Assembly: GCA_013151035.1 (NCBI GenBank)
Contig: JAADJB010000018.1
Location: 1 to 62,862, forward strand
Length of the DNA stretch: 62,862 nt
Reading direction: 5' to 3'
Source: Gammaproteobacteria bacterium
Lineage (GTDB): Bacteria; Pseudomonadota; Gammaproteobacteria; JAADJB01
Under the pieces are notes generated by a model. The model saw nothing but the letters and a program-made list of their open reading frames with translations, did not search any database and had not been told where the DNA came from. Positions 1-10,739 of this stretch are shown here, one piece after another (position 1 is the first letter of the stretch; every line of letters starts with the position of its first letter). Made by a program: the position numbers and the translations under genes.

Positions 1-760
1 AGCCAATCGCAGGGGACGTGCGGAGCAACCCAAAAATCACACCAAACCCAAAGGATACAATGCCACTGCACCCAACCAGGTCTGGAGCTGGGATATCACC
101 TATCTGGCTTCAGCGGTACGCGGAATTTTCTATTATCTTTACTTGATAGAAGATATCTTCAGTCGCAAAATTGTTGGCTGGGAAATCCATGAACGGGAAA
201 GTGCCGAGTATGCTAGCCAGCTGATCAGGAAAGCCTGTCTGACTGAGAATATCCATCAGGAAGGCCAGGTGTTGCATTCTGATAACGGCAGCCCGATGAA
301 GGGTGCAACCATGTTGGCGACATTACAGAAGCTGGGCGTGGTGCCCTCGTTTAGCCGCCCTTCGGTGAGTGATGACAATCCCTACTCAGAGAGCCTGTTT
401 CGCACATTGAAATATACGCCTGACTATCCGAATCAACCCTTTCAAAATCTGGAAGTGGCAAGGGAGTGGGTTCATGGCTTTGTACGATGGTATAACGAGC
501 AACATCGTCATAGTGCTATTCAATATGTGACACCAACTCAGCGACATGAAGGCGTAGATCAGGCCATACTGATACAGAGGAAGGCTGTTTACGAGGCTGC
601 GAAAAAGCGTAATCCTGCGCGCTGGTCAGGCGAAATCAGAAACTGGGACAGGATTGAAAATGTCTGGTTGAATCCTCCGAAAGAGATTCGGGCCGAAGAA
701 CAAAAGCTCGCCATAGCTGCATGACTATACAGGACATCTTTGTTGACAAATACCGAACAA
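1..760 (+). mobile_element. IS3-family insertion sequence, 3' portion (truncated at window start)
   Basis: Carries the C-terminal part of an IS3 orfB-type transposase. The right terminal inverted repeat was not mapped. Confidence 0.6.
2..724 (+). CDS. IS3-family transposase OrfB (integrase-core/rve domain), 5'-truncated at window edge
   Basis: The frame stays open back to nt 2 (ANRRGRAEQPKNHTKPKGYNATAPNQVWSWDITY...), upstream of the listed Met. The DDE integrase core is typical of IS3 orfB (..FSRKIVGWE..HSDNGS..YNEQRRHSAI-like). Confidence 0.85.
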   Translation, partial: ANRRGRAEQPKNHTKPKGYNATAPNQVWSWDITYLASAVRGIFYYLYLIEDIFSRKIVGWEIHERESAEYASQLIRKACLTENIHQEGQVLHSDNGSPMKGATMLATLQKLGVVPSFSRPSVSDDNPYSESLFRTLKYTPDYPNQPFQNLEVAREWVHGFVRWYNEQHRHSAIQYVTPTQRHEGVDQAILIQRKAVYEAAKKRNPARWSGEIRNWDRIENVWLNPPKEIRAEEQKLAIAA

Positions 761-1219
761 TATCTCGCAAGCTATTTCGCCCAGCCAATTGCCCCATCGA
801 CATGGTTACGAACTGTGACCAGCGGGATGCTGTTCGGAAAGAACGGCCTTAATGATGCTGTTTTGCAAGGGTCTCAAATTCATGTCTCGGTATCAATTTT
901 AGAAGTTGTGAGAAGGCAGTGTTATAATGACTCATGGCCTGGTTTCCTTTTTGTTTTACAATGACTTGTCGTGATTTCATTGTAACAAAAAAAGGGGAAA
1001 TCAGGCCTGTCTATTTACGTTCTTAACGGGACAGCAGTGGTATCGTACATAACATTGAGAAGTTAATGAATTACGGTACAATGGCTGCATAGAGGCATAC
1101 GGGTAGCATGATTGAGGTAATACAGAGCTCACACATACGTAGATAGAGTTTTTAATTTTAGTGAAAATAATAAAAGAAAATAGAGCTATGGAATCCTTGT
1201 TTTTTTATACAGCCTTGTT

Positions 1220-1660
1220 ATGCGTAAAACAATAGGAGCATTAATGTTCGATAGCTTTCCAAAAATTCGTTCTTCATTGCCGAGAGAGATCGAAGATATC
1301 TACTCATCTCACTATAAGTCAAACCGTGAAGGGGAAACGACTGCAGCGTCCTTATCACAAAAAATGGAATCATGGTTGCATAAGCAGGTCGCAAAGAATG
1401 TTACTAAGTGTCAGGGATCGGTCAAGAAAACCTTGGAACTAGGTACCGGGACCCTTAATCAATTACAGTATGAATCTACCAATAATTCGTATGACATAGT
1501 TGAGCCTTTCACTGATCTCTATAAAAGTTCACCTCTTCTCGGGAGAGTTAGAAACATCTACGCAGATATATCTGAAATACCAAGTGGTATTAATTATGAC
1601 AGGATTACTTCAGTAGCCACCCTTGAACATATTTGTAATCTACCCGAAGTGATAGCATGA
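1220..1660 (+). CDS. hypothetical protein; weak class-I SAM-methyltransferase-like motifs (ELGTGT, ATLEHI), possibly a gene fragment
   Basis: ORF in an AT-rich segment next to the IS3 fragment. The motif resemblance is the only support. Confidence 0.3.
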   Translation: MRKTIGALMFDSFPKIRSSLPREIEDIYSSHYKSNREGETTAASLSQKMESWLHKQVAKNVTKCQGSVKKTLELGTGTLNQLQYESTNNSYDIVEPFTDLYKSSPLLGRVRNIYADISEIPSGINYDRITSVATLEHICNLPEVIA

Positions 1661-1687
1661 AGTGGACTCTTATTAGCAAAAAACGGC

Positions 1688-1978
1688 ATGTTACGCGCAA
1701 GCATACCGAGTGAGGGTACATTGCTTTGGACACTAGCTTGGAAGTTGACTACTGGTTTGGAGTTCAAGCTTAGGTATGGGCTCGATTACGGACTACTGAT
1801 GAAACATGAACACGTTAATACGGCGAAGGAAGTTGAGGAGGTCCTGGTGTACTTTTTCAGTGATGTTAAGTGCAAGGTATTTGGGATGTCTAAGTCAATT
1901 TCCCTTTATCGCTACTATGAATGCAATAACCCAAGAATCGAGAGGTGCCGTGAATTCTCGGTAATATCTAACGAATAA
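1688..1978 (+). CDS. hypothetical protein
   Basis: ORF in the AT-rich segment, followed directly by a perfect 14-bp-stem hairpin. Confidence 0.25.
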   Translation: MLRASIPSEGTLLWTLAWKLTTGLEFKLRYGLDYGLLMKHEHVNTAKEVEEVLVYFFSDVKCKVFGMSKSISLYRYYECNNPRIERCREFSVISNE

Positions 1979-2016
1979 TAATAGGTCGTGAGAGCAAAGA
2001 AACCACGACCTATTAT
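1976..2016 (+). terminator. perfect 14-bp stem-loop (aataataggtcgtg...cacgacctattatt); possible terminator
   Basis: Inverted repeat read directly. There is no clean T-run, so the terminator call is weak. Confidence 0.35.
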
Positions 2017-2205
2017 TCTGGTCAAGTAATACCGGAGAAGCGGTGTTTGGTATTATTAAAGAAGTGATAGATTTTCGAGGGTTTTACCTTCGCGGGTTAA
2101 AAACGGCACAAGGCAAGTGAGGTCTGGTGTGTATGACGTGGAACCTGAAGCGGATGTATACACTGGGAGGCTGGAAAATGGCTATGGGTGTTACAGAGGG
2201 TTAAC

Positions 2206-3210
2206 ATGAAAATCATATTCTTTAGTAGTAAGCGTTATGATGAGGAATATTTTTCTTTATTGAACAAAAATTATAATCACGATATTCGATTTGTTGAGGC
2301 TAAATTAACATGCGATACGATTAATCTTATTAATGGTGAATCAGTCGTATGCGCCTTTGTTAATGATGTCCTTGATCGAAATGTCCTGTCTTTATTATCT
2401 GAATTAAATGTAAAGCTTATTGCTCTTCGCTGTGCTGGTTTTAATAATGTTGATGTCTCTGCTGCCAATGACTTGAGTATTAAAGTCGTTCGGGTGCCTG
2501 CTTACTCGCCTTCTGCTGTAGCGGAACATGCGGTTTGTCTTATGCTTTCTTTAAACAGGAAAATATACCGCTCTTATAACAGAGTGCGTGAGGGTAATTT
2601 TTCTCTGGATGGTTTGCTGGGTTTCGATTTTTCAGGCAAGACAATCGGGATAGTGGGTACGGGAAAGATAGGGTCAATAGTGGCGCGTATTATGAGTGCG
2701 ATGGGGATGAATGTTCTGGCGTATGATCCACTGCATAATCATGAATGCATTAATATGGGTGTAAACTATGTGGGTATTGAAGAACTATTTATGGCGTCGG
2801 ATGTTATTTCACTGCATTGTCCCTTAACGGCGGAAACAAAATACCTGGTGGATGAATCTGCGCTTGATAAAATGAAGACAGGGGTCATGCTGATTAATAC
2901 CAGTCGTGGTGCAATACTGGACGCTTGTGCTGTCATTGAAAAACTTAAGTCAAAAAAACTGGGTTATTTAGGGCTGGATGTTTATGAGCAGGAAAGTGAT
3001 CTGTTTTTTGAAGATCTTTCATGTGAGATTATTCAGGATGATATCTTTGAAAGATTACTTACTTTTCCTAATGTATTAATTACGGCTCATCAGGGTTTTT
3101 TTACCTCGAATGCATTGGAAAATATAGCAGATACGACATTGAATAGTATCAAGCAATTTGAGGATGGCGTTGTGTTATCGGATGATGTGTTGGTGTCTGA
3201 TTTTTGTTAG
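2206..3210 (+). CDS. ldhA: D-isomer-specific 2-hydroxyacid dehydrogenase (fermentative D-lactate dehydrogenase-like)
   Basis: MKIIFFSSKRYDEEYF start and GxGxxG NAD motif (GIVGTGKIGSIVA) match the D-LDH family. Codon usage is AT-rich relative to the neighbours. An alternative upstream start lies at 2188. Confidence 0.8.
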   Translation: MKIIFFSSKRYDEEYFSLLNKNYNHDIRFVEAKLTCDTINLINGESVVCAFVNDVLDRNVLSLLSELNVKLIALRCAGFNNVDVSAANDLSIKVVRVPAYSPSAVAEHAVCLMLSLNRKIYRSYNRVREGNFSLDGLLGFDFSGKTIGIVGTGKIGSIVARIMSAMGMNVLAYDPLHNHECINMGVNYVGIEELFMASDVISLHCPLTAETKYLVDESALDKMKTGVMLINTSRGAILDACAVIEKLKSKKLGYLGLDVYEQESDLFFEDLSCEIIQDDIFERLLTFPNVLITAHQGFFTSNALENIADTTLNSIKQFEDGVVLSDDVLVSDFC

Positions 3211-3252
3211 TATAACGATTACTCACTATTCATTATTACCCAAGGAAAAGAC

Positions 3253-5100
3253 ATGCCTGAATATCGCTCTCGAACGACCACTCATGGACGCAATATGGCG
3301 GGTGCTCGTGCCCTTTGGCGTGCGACCGGAATGAAGGATGGTGATTTTGATAAACCAATTATTGCGGTAGCCAATTCTTTTACCCAATTTGTGCCAGGGC
3401 ATGTCCATCTCAAGGATATGGGGCAGTTAGTGGCGCGTGAGATTGAGGCGGCTGGTGGTGTGGCGAAGGAATTTAATACCATTGCGGTGGATGATGGTAT
3501 CGCTATGGGGCATGGGGGGATGTTGTATTCCTTACCCTCCCGTGACCTGATTGCGGATTCGGTTGAATATATGGTGAATGCCCATTGCGCGGATGCATTG
3601 GTCTGTATCTCTAATTGTGACAAGATCACACCGGGCATGATGATGGCGGCTCTGCGCCTGAATATTCCAGTGGTCTTTGTCTCGGGTGGGCCGATGGAGG
3701 CGGGTAAGACGCGGATTAAGAATGAAGAGCGTCACCTGGATCTGGTGGATGCTATGGTGATGGCTGCGGACAAGAATGAATCGGATGAAGATGTAATGCA
3801 GGTCGAACGTTCGGCCTGTCCCACCTGTGGTTCCTGTTCGGGTATGTTTACTGCTAATTCAATGAATTGTCTGATGGAGGCACTGGGTCTGGCATTGCCG
3901 GGTAATGGCAGTGTGGTGGCAACGCATACTGAGCGTAAGCGTCTGTTCCTGGAAGCGGGTCGTATGATTGTAGCGCTGGCACGTCGTCATTATGAAGAGG
4001 ATGACTATTCCGTTCTGCCGCGTTCGATTGCCAATTTTGAGGCGTTTGAAAATGCGATGTGTCTGGATATTGCTATGGGTGGTTCGACTAATACGGTCTT
4101 ACATCTATTAGCAGGCGCACGTGAGGCGGGTGTTGACTTTACTATGGCGGATATTGATCGCCTCTCACGCAAGGTGCCGAACCTGTGTAAGGTGGCACCG
4201 GCGCATCCGATCTATCACATGGAGGATGTGCATCGTGTCGGCGGGGTGTTTGGTATTCTGGGTGAAATAGATCGTGCCGGTTTGTTGCATCGTGAGGTCG
4301 GTACCATCCATGCGAAAAATATGGGTGAAGCGCTGGCACTGTGGGATATACGCCTGACCAACGATGAAAAGCGTAAGAAATTTTATCGGGCAGCACCAGG
4401 GGGCGTACCCACCACTAAGGCGTTCTCGCAGTCGGAGTATTTTGACACCCTGGATCTGGATCGGGAGAAGGGTTGTCTACGCGACAAGGCGCATGCCTAT
4501 AGTCAGGATGGCGGGCTTGCGGTGTTGTATGGCAACCTGGCGCAGGACGGCTGTATCGTGAAGACCGCCGGTGTGGATGAAGACAATCTTTGTTTTACCG
4601 GTCCTGCACGTATCTTTGAGAGTCAGGATACGGCGGTAGAGGCTATTCTGGCGAATCAGGTCAAGGCGGGTGATGTGGTCATTATTCGCTATGAGGGGCC
4701 GCGTGGTGGGCCCGGTATGCAGGAGATGTTATATCCGACCAGCTACCTGAAGTCACAGGGTCTAGGTAAGGCTTGTGCCTTGATTACTGATGGTCGTTTC
4801 TCAGGTGGAACATCGGGTCTGTCGATTGGCCATGTCTCACCCGAGGCGGCTGAGGGTGGCAACATTGGCCTGGTGGAAGAGGGTGATTCTATCGTGATTG
4901 ATATCCCGCAGCGTAAGATCCATCTGGATATCTCTGATGCTGAGCTGGATCAGCGTCGTGTAGCTATGAATGCCAAGGGTGATGATGCCTGGCAGGCGAT
5001 AGGACGCGAACGTGTGGTCTCTGCGGCACTGCGTGCTTATGCGGCGATGACGACCTCAGCAGCTAATGGCGCGGTACGAGATGTCGATCAGCTGAAATAA
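3253..5100 (+). CDS. ilvD: dihydroxy-acid dehydratase
   Basis: 615 aa. N-terminus [27 protein letters not shown] and the CPTCGSC cluster motif are diagnostic of IlvD. Confidence 0.95.
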   Translation: MPEYRSRTTTHGRNMAGARALWRATGMKDGDFDKPIIAVANSFTQFVPGHVHLKDMGQLVAREIEAAGGVAKEFNTIAVDDGIAMGHGGMLYSLPSRDLIADSVEYMVNAHCADALVCISNCDKITPGMMMAALRLNIPVVFVSGGPMEAGKTRIKNEERHLDLVDAMVMAADKNESDEDVMQVERSACPTCGSCSGMFTANSMNCLMEALGLALPGNGSVVATHTERKRLFLEAGRMIVALARRHYEEDDYSVLPRSIANFEAFENAMCLDIAMGGSTNTVLHLLAGAREAGVDFTMADIDRLSRKVPNLCKVAPAHPIYHMEDVHRVGGVFGILGEIDRAGLLHREVGTIHAKNMGEALALWDIRLTNDEKRKKFYRAAPGGVPTTKAFSQSEYFDTLDLDREKGCLRDKAHAYSQDGGLAVLYGNLAQDGCIVKTAGVDEDNLCFTGPARIFESQDTAVEAILANQVKAGDVVIIRYEGPRGGPGMQEMLYPTSYLKSQGLGKACALITDGRFSGGTSGLSIGHVSPEAAEGGNIGLVEEGDSIVIDIPQRKIHLDISDAELDQRRVAMNAKGDDAWQAIGRERVVSAALRAYAAMTTSAANGAVRDVDQLK

Positions 5101-5181
5101 CCCCTTTTGGTCAGCTTTACTGGTAGTGAAATTATTCCCTTGAGTTCAGTGTGGCAATTTGCCGCACTTTTAGTAGTATTC

Positions 5182-5195
5182 TTGATCAGGATCAA
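5182..5195 (+). promoter_or_regulatory. FNR/DNR/NnrR-type box TTGATcaggATCAA
   Basis: Perfect TTGAT-N4-ATCAA palindrome about 165 bp upstream of the nosR start. Confidence 0.5.
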
Positions 5196-5359
5196 GGGTA
5201 GTTTACGGCTGTGAGTCTACGCTACTCCCTTAGTTTACTGGTAAATGCCTGAGGAACCTCTGATAGGATGTTAGTTGATATTAATGGACTATATGATTTT
5301 TCTGTGCAGGTGGTTTCACCAGTTATAAATACTTTTGATGTATTTGCATAGGGGTTGAT

Positions 5360-7450
5360 TTGATAAGATTTTTATCATTGATGTGTTGGTTATCAGTTCT
5401 CGCAATGAGTACTGTGCAGGCCTCGCTGGATGAATTTTTTGCGGATGCCCAGAATATATTTCCTGCGGCTAATCGATTCTCTGATTTTGAAGGTGAACCG
5501 CTGGTAGCGACTGTCTACCAGAATCAGAAGGTTCTGGGTTATCTTTTTCGTACTAAACAACTGGCACCGATCCCGGCCTATTCGGGGAAACCAATGGACA
5601 TGTTGGTCGGCATGGATACTGAAGGGGTTATTGTTGGTGTCAAGGTGCTTGAACATCATGAACCCATCTTGTTAGTCGGTATTCCCGAGAGTCGTCTCAC
5701 CGAATTTGTACAGCAATATACTGGTAAGTCTGTCAGTGATAAGGTCAAGGTTGGTGCAGGCGCACGTGAAGGCTACCAGAATATTGATGCTATCACCGGA
5801 GCCACTGTGACTGTGATGGTGATGAATGAGGCAATGATGCAATCGGCCTGGCAGGTGGCAGTGGCCAAAGGGATTGTTGAGGAAAGGCTTGAAGCACGAC
5901 AGCCTCCGGCTACAGTGCGCAAGGATGTCTTTGTGGAGCGTGACTGGACATTTTTGACAAATGATGGCTCGATTCGCTTTATGAAACTGAATCGTGGTGA
6001 TGTTGATCATGTGTTTGTCGGTACGGATGCAGAGTTTGTTGACCGTTCAGCGAATGCAGAAGAAGCAAAAGAGACCTTTATTAATCTTTATTATACTTAC
6101 CTTAATGCACCGACAGTCGGGCGCAATCTTTTGGGTGATTCGCAATATGATTGGTTGATGTCTAGCCTGAAGGAAAATGAACACCTGATTGCAATCATGG
6201 GTAATGGCCTGTATTCCTTTAAAGGGTCGGGTTATGTTCGTGGCGGAATATTTGATCGTATCCTGGTGCGCCAGAATAATCGGGAGATCAGTTTTCGTGA
6301 TCTGGATTATCATCGATTACTCGATGTATATGCCAAGGGGGTTCCCAAATTCTCTGAGATGGCAATCTTTGTCATTCGTGCAGAGCGCAGATTTGATCCT
6401 GGTACCATCTGGGAACTGGAGCTACTGGTAAAGCGTCAGACCACACCACTGGAAAGTGTGTTTTACAGTTTTTCCTCAACCTACAGTATTCCTGAGTCCT
6501 ATATTGATCGTCCACCGAGGGTGTTGATCGAGGAACCGGAAGCTATGTGGGTGCAGGTATGGCGCGAGCGTACACTACAGATTTCAGTATTAGTTGGTGG
6601 TTTGTTCCTGTTGACATTGATACTTGTCTTCCAGGATGTACTGGTAAAACATCCGTCATTGACGAATATATTACGCATCGGTTTCCAGATTTACACCCTG
6701 TTCTTTATTGGCTGGTATTTGTTGGGACAGTTATCAATCGTCAATGTGTTTACCTTTACTGGTGCGATGGCCAGTGATTTCCGCTGGGATACCTTCCTGA
6801 TTGATCCGACCATGTTTATCCTGTGGAGCTTTGTTGCTGCCTCATTATTATTCTGGGGACGTGGGGTTTATTGTGGCTGGTTGTGTCCCTTTGGTGCCTT
6901 GCAAAAACTGGTTAATGAGATTGCGGTTGCCCTACATGTTCGCCAGTTTAATCTTCCACAGTTTATCCATGACCGCTTATGGGGTATCAAATATCTGATT
7001 CTCATGGTTCTGTTTGGTATCTCATTACAGTCGCTACAGCTGGCCGAGCGTTATGCAGAGATTGAGCCCTTCAAGACAGCGGTTACCCTGCGCTTTATGC
7101 GTGAGTGGGGCTATGTGTTCTATGCTGCAGGACTGGTTTTGATTTCTGTATTTAATTGTAAATTTTATTGTAAGTATATTTGCCCACTGGGTGCAGCACT
7201 GGCTGTTCCTGCAAAGATGCGGCTGGTTGACTGGTTGCGGCGTCGTAAGGAATGTGGGTCTCCGTGTCAGACCTGTGCCAGGGAGTGTGAGATCCAGGCT
7301 ATTGATGAACGCGGTGTTATTAATCCAAACGAATGCCACTATTGCCTGGATTGTCAGGTGACTTATTGGGATAACAGGAAATGTCCACCTCTGGTGGATA
7401 AACGTAAGAAGAGAGAACGAGTAGTAGCAGTAAAAAACAAACTAAAGTAA
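5360..7450 (+). CDS. nosR: nitrous-oxide reductase expression regulator NosR (FMN-binding, polytopic membrane protein with two C-terminal 4Fe-4S ferredoxin motifs)
   Basis: Signal/TM N-terminus, periplasmic FMN-bind region (ITGATVT), multiple TM helices, CxxCxxCxxxCP motifs, and a position directly upstream of nosZ. The start is ambiguous between TTG 5360 and ATG 5381. Confidence 0.9.
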   Translation: MIRFLSLMCWLSVLAMSTVQASLDEFFADAQNIFPAANRFSDFEGEPLVATVYQNQKVLGYLFRTKQLAPIPAYSGKPMDMLVGMDTEGVIVGVKVLEHHEPILLVGIPESRLTEFVQQYTGKSVSDKVKVGAGAREGYQNIDAITGATVTVMVMNEAMMQSAWQVAVAKGIVEERLEARQPPATVRKDVFVERDWTFLTNDGSIRFMKLNRGDVDHVFVGTDAEFVDRSANAEEAKETFINLYYTYLNAPTVGRNLLGDSQYDWLMSSLKENEHLIAIMGNGLYSFKGSGYVRGGIFDRILVRQNNREISFRDLDYHRLLDVYAKGVPKFSEMAIFVIRAERRFDPGTIWELELLVKRQTTPLESVFYSFSSTYSIPESYIDRPPRVLIEEPEAMWVQVWRERTLQISVLVGGLFLLTLILVFQDVLVKHPSLTNILRIGFQIYTLFFIGWYLLGQLSIVNVFTFTGAMASDFRWDTFLIDPTMFILWSFVAASLLFWGRGVYCGWLCPFGALQKLVNEIAVALHVRQFNLPQFIHDRLWGIKYLILMVLFGISLQSLQLAERYAEIEPFKTAVTLRFMREWGYVFYAAGLVLISVFNCKFYCKYICPLGAALAVPAKMRLVDWLRRRKECGSPCQTCARECEIQAIDERGVINPNECHYCLDCQVTYWDNRKCPPLVDKRKKRERVVAVKNKLK

Positions 7451-7463
7451 ACAGGAGATAGCT

Positions 7464-9335
7464 ATGAGTGATGATAAAAGAAAAGAAGGTATAAGCCGAC
7501 GTGACTTTTTGAGTGCAACAGCGGTTGCCGGTGTTGCTGGTGCGGGGATTGGTAGTGGTTTGATTGGTATAGAAAATGCGATGGCATCTTCATCTAATCA
7601 TAGTAATGCGACTGTTGGTCTGGGTGAGCTGGATGAGTACTATGGCTTCTGGAGTGGTGGTCACTCCGGTGAGGTGCGTATTGTGGGTATTCCCTCCATG
7701 CGTGAGCTGATGCGTATCCCGGTATTTAATGTTGATAGTGCGACTGGCTGGGGTATTAGTAATGAGAGTAAAGAGATTCTTGCTGGTGGCGGCGGGCCTT
7801 ACCTGAATGGTGATGCGCATCATCCACACATGAGTATGCAAGATGGTCGTTATGATGGTAAATATGTATTTATTAATGATAAGGCCAATACCCGAGTTGC
7901 CCGTATTCGTTGCGATATTATGAAGACGGACAAGATGGTCAGTGTACCCAATGTATCGGCGATTCATGGCCTGCGCGTACAAAAGGTTCCTTATACCAAA
8001 TATGTATTTTGCAATGCTGAATTCTGTATTCCACAGCCTAATGATGGTAGGGATATCTTTGATCCAACCAAATACAGAACCATGTTTAATGCCATTGACG
8101 CAGAGACTATGGAGGTGGCATGGCAGGTGATCGTTGATGGTAACCTGGATAATACCGATGCCGATTACGATGGTAATTATGCCTGTTCAACCTGTTATAA
8201 CTCAGAGGGTGCAATTGATCTGGCGGGCACCATGCGTAACGAGCGTGACTGGGCTGTAGTATTCAATATTCCGCGTATTGAGGCAGCTATCAAGGCTGGT
8301 AAGTTTATTAACATTGGTGATTCCAAGGTGCCTGTTCTGAATGGACAGCATGGTTCTGATCTGACAGCCTATATCCCTGTGCCCAAGAGTCCACATGGTT
8401 TGAATACTTCACCTGATGGTAAGTATTTTATGGCCAATGGCAAGTTGTCACCAACAGTGTCTATAATTTCGATTGAAAAGCTGCATGACCTGTTCTCTGG
8501 CAAGATTACCGAGCCACGCGATGTGATTGTTGCTGAGCCAGAACTGGGTCTGGGACCATTACATACGGCATTTGATGGTCGTGGTAATGCCTATACAACG
8601 GTCTTTATTGATAGCCAGTTAGTGAAGTGGAATATAGAAGATGCGATTCAGGCCTATAATGGCAAAAAGGTTAATTATATTCGTCAAAAACTGGATGTGC
8701 ATTATCAGCCTGGTCATAACCATACGACTATGGGTGAGACGCGTGATGCCGATGGTAAATGGTTGATCTCTCTTTGTAAGTTTTCCAAGGATAGATTCCT
8801 TCCTGTAGGCCCATTACATCCAGAGAATGATCAATTAATCGATATCTCAGGTGACAAGATGATACTGGTTCACGATGGCCCAACCTTTGCCGAGCCACAT
8901 GACTGTATGATGGTTCATCGCAGCAAGATGCATCCTTCAACCTTGTGGGAACGTAATGATCCATTCTTTGCCAGTACAGTAGCGATGGCTAAAGCCGATG
9001 GTGTGACGCTGGAAACTGATAATAAGGTGATTCGTAATGGTAAAAATGTTCGTGTCTATATGACCTCGGTTGCCCCGAGTTTTGGTATGACTGATTTTAC
9101 TGTGAAGCAGGGTGATGAAGTGACTGTTGTGATTACCAATCTGGATCAGATCGAAGATGTGACGCATGGCTTTGTTATGGTGAATCATGGTGTCAGTATG
9201 GAGATTGGCCCACAAGCCACTGCTTCAGCCACCTTTACTGCTGATCGAGCCGGTGTGCACTGGTTCTATTGTCATTGGTTCTGTCATGCTCTTCATATGG
9301 AGATGCGTGGTCGTATGCTGGTTGAGGCATCATAA
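7464..9335 (+). CDS. nosZ: nitrous-oxide reductase, clade I (Tat-exported)
   Basis: Twin-arginine signal SRRDFLSATAVAGVAG. The C-terminal cupredoxin CuA motif reads H..CHWFCHALHMEM. Length 623 aa. Confidence 0.95.
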   Translation: MSDDKRKEGISRRDFLSATAVAGVAGAGIGSGLIGIENAMASSSNHSNATVGLGELDEYYGFWSGGHSGEVRIVGIPSMRELMRIPVFNVDSATGWGISNESKEILAGGGGPYLNGDAHHPHMSMQDGRYDGKYVFINDKANTRVARIRCDIMKTDKMVSVPNVSAIHGLRVQKVPYTKYVFCNAEFCIPQPNDGRDIFDPTKYRTMFNAIDAETMEVAWQVIVDGNLDNTDADYDGNYACSTCYNSEGAIDLAGTMRNERDWAVVFNIPRIEAAIKAGKFINIGDSKVPVLNGQHGSDLTAYIPVPKSPHGLNTSPDGKYFMANGKLSPTVSIISIEKLHDLFSGKITEPRDVIVAEPELGLGPLHTAFDGRGNAYTTVFIDSQLVKWNIEDAIQAYNGKKVNYIRQKLDVHYQPGHNHTTMGETRDADGKWLISLCKFSKDRFLPVGPLHPENDQLIDISGDKMILVHDGPTFAEPHDCMMVHRSKMHPSTLWERNDPFFASTVAMAKADGVTLETDNKVIRNGKNVRVYMTSVAPSFGMTDFTVKQGDEVTVVITNLDQIEDVTHGFVMVNHGVSMEIGPQATASATFTADRAGVHWFYCHWFCHALHMEMRGRMLVEAS

Positions 9336-9360
9336 TCCTCTGGATAGCAGTATTGTGATT

Positions 9361-9407
9361 ACACCCCCATTCTCATTTGTATGGGAGTGGGGGTGTTTGT
9401 TTTTTAA
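9361..9407 (+). terminator. rho-independent terminator after nosZ
   Basis: Hairpin cacccccattctcat/atgggagtgggggtg followed by gtttgtttttt. Confidence 0.5.
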
Positions 9408-9428
9408 TGGACCAGGGGCTGATAACAA

Positions 9429-10739
9429 ATGTTGAGCAGGTTTTTTTTAACGGGCATCTGTGGTTTGTATTCCCTGTTATTTATTGGTCTGTCCTTTGCT
9501 GCTACACATATTACTGATCCATCCGGGGAATCACTGGATGAGATTCTTCAATATGCTCAAGCTGGAGATACCATTCGTTTCAAGGCAGGTGTCTATTCTG
9601 GCGGTAGTATTATTACGCAGTCTGTACATTTGATAGGTGAGCCTGGCAGTGTGTTTGATGCACAGGGTAAAGGTAATGTATTACAAGTGCGTTCACCTGA
9701 TGTCAGTATCGAAGGATTTGAGATACGTAATTCGGGTAACAATCTGACAAAGATGGATGCAGGTATCTTTGTTGAAAAAGAGGCGGTAAATGTTGAGATA
9801 AGAAATAACCGTTTTGAAAATAATGCGTTTGGTATATGGCTGGATGGTTGCCATTATCCAAAGGTGATTAAAAATAGAATTTCAGGTAATGTGGCTATTC
9901 GTTCACAGGATCGTGGTAATGGTATTCACTTGTATGCAGTTTATTATGGTCTGATAAAAGACAATGAGGTCTGGAATACACGTGATGGAATCTATATTGA
10001 ATCCAGTCAGAATAACCGCTTAATTGGTAATTTCCTGCATGATCTTCGCTATGGGGTGCATTATATGTATTCTTATAGCAATACAGTGAGTAATAATCAT
10101 ACTTTGAATACGCGTACAGGTTACGCCTTGATGCAGTCAAAATTCCTTACAGTAACCGGGAACCGTTCCGAGAATGACGGGAACTACGGGATACTGCTTA
10201 ATTTTATTACTAAAAGCACTATTACTGATAATGTGATTATTGGTACTCGCAAGGGACGTGGCTATGCTTCGGGTGGTGCCGGTGTAACGGGTGCAGAAGG
10301 TAAGGCATTTTTTGTCTATAACTCCCATTTTAATATTATGACAAATAATCATTTGCAAGGTGCTGATATTGGTATTCATCTGACTGCAGGTTCTGAAGAT
10401 AATATAATTTATGGAAATGATTTTATTGGAAATCATGTGCAGGTAAAGTATGTGGCGACACGGACACAGGAATGGTCACAGCAGGGCAAGGGAAATTACT
10501 GGAGTGATTACCTTGGCTGGGATCTTGATGCCGATGGTATTGGTGATCGACCCTATGAACCGAATGATGCCGTTGACAAGTTATTATGGCGCTATCCACT
10601 TGCACGTATTTTATTGAATAGTCCAGCGATTGAAACATTGCGTTGGGTACAGGAACATTTTCCTGTATTACGGCCTCAGGGTGTGCGTGATAGTTATCCA
10701 CTAATGAAACCGGGTTTCCCTCAAGAGATTGATTCATGA
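9429..10739 (+). CDS. nosD: NosD, periplasmic copper-insertion accessory protein (right-handed beta-helix)
   Basis: Signal peptide and parallel beta-helix repeats (NN.F.NN..GIWL.. pattern). Position in the nos cluster supports the call. Confidence 0.9.
   Translation: MLSRFFLTGICGLYSLLFIGLSFAATHITDPSGESLDEILQYAQAGDTIRFKAGVYSGGSIITQSVHLIGEPGSVFDAQGKGNVLQVRSPDVSIEGFEIRNSGNNLTKMDAGIFVEKEAVNVEIRNNRFENNAFGIWLDGCHYPKVIKNRISGNVAIRSQDRGNGIHLYAVYYGLIKDNEVWNTRDGIYIESSQNNRLIGNFLHDLRYGVHYMYSYSNTVSNNHTLNTRTGYALMQSKFLTVTGNRSENDGNYGILLNFITKSTITDNVIIGTRKGRGYASGGAGVTGAEGKAFFVYNSHFNIMTNNHLQGADIGIHLTAGSEDNIIYGNDFIGNHVQVKYVATRTQEWSQQGKGNYWSDYLGWDLDADGIGDRPYEPNDAVDKLLWRYPLARILLNSPAIETLRWVQEHFPVLRPQGVRDSYPLMKPGFPQEIDS

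Noticed and set aside
740-964. 74-aa ORF just downstream of the IS3 transposase
   Set aside because: It most likely lies within or at the IS terminus. It has no motif and poor coding character.
3226-5100. Several minus-strand and alternate-frame ORFs inside ilvD (3226-3408, 3282-3638, 3532-3735, 4142-4396, 4364-4561)
   Set aside because: They are shadow ORFs within a highly conserved, confidently identified gene.
5393-9215. Multiple 60-130-aa antisense ORFs inside nosR and nosZ
   Set aside because: They are antisense to well-supported genes and have no independent signals.
9187-9435. 82-aa ORF spanning the nosZ 3' end and terminator
   Set aside because: It overlaps the nosZ CuA-domain coding sequence and the terminator hairpin, so it is treated as spurious.
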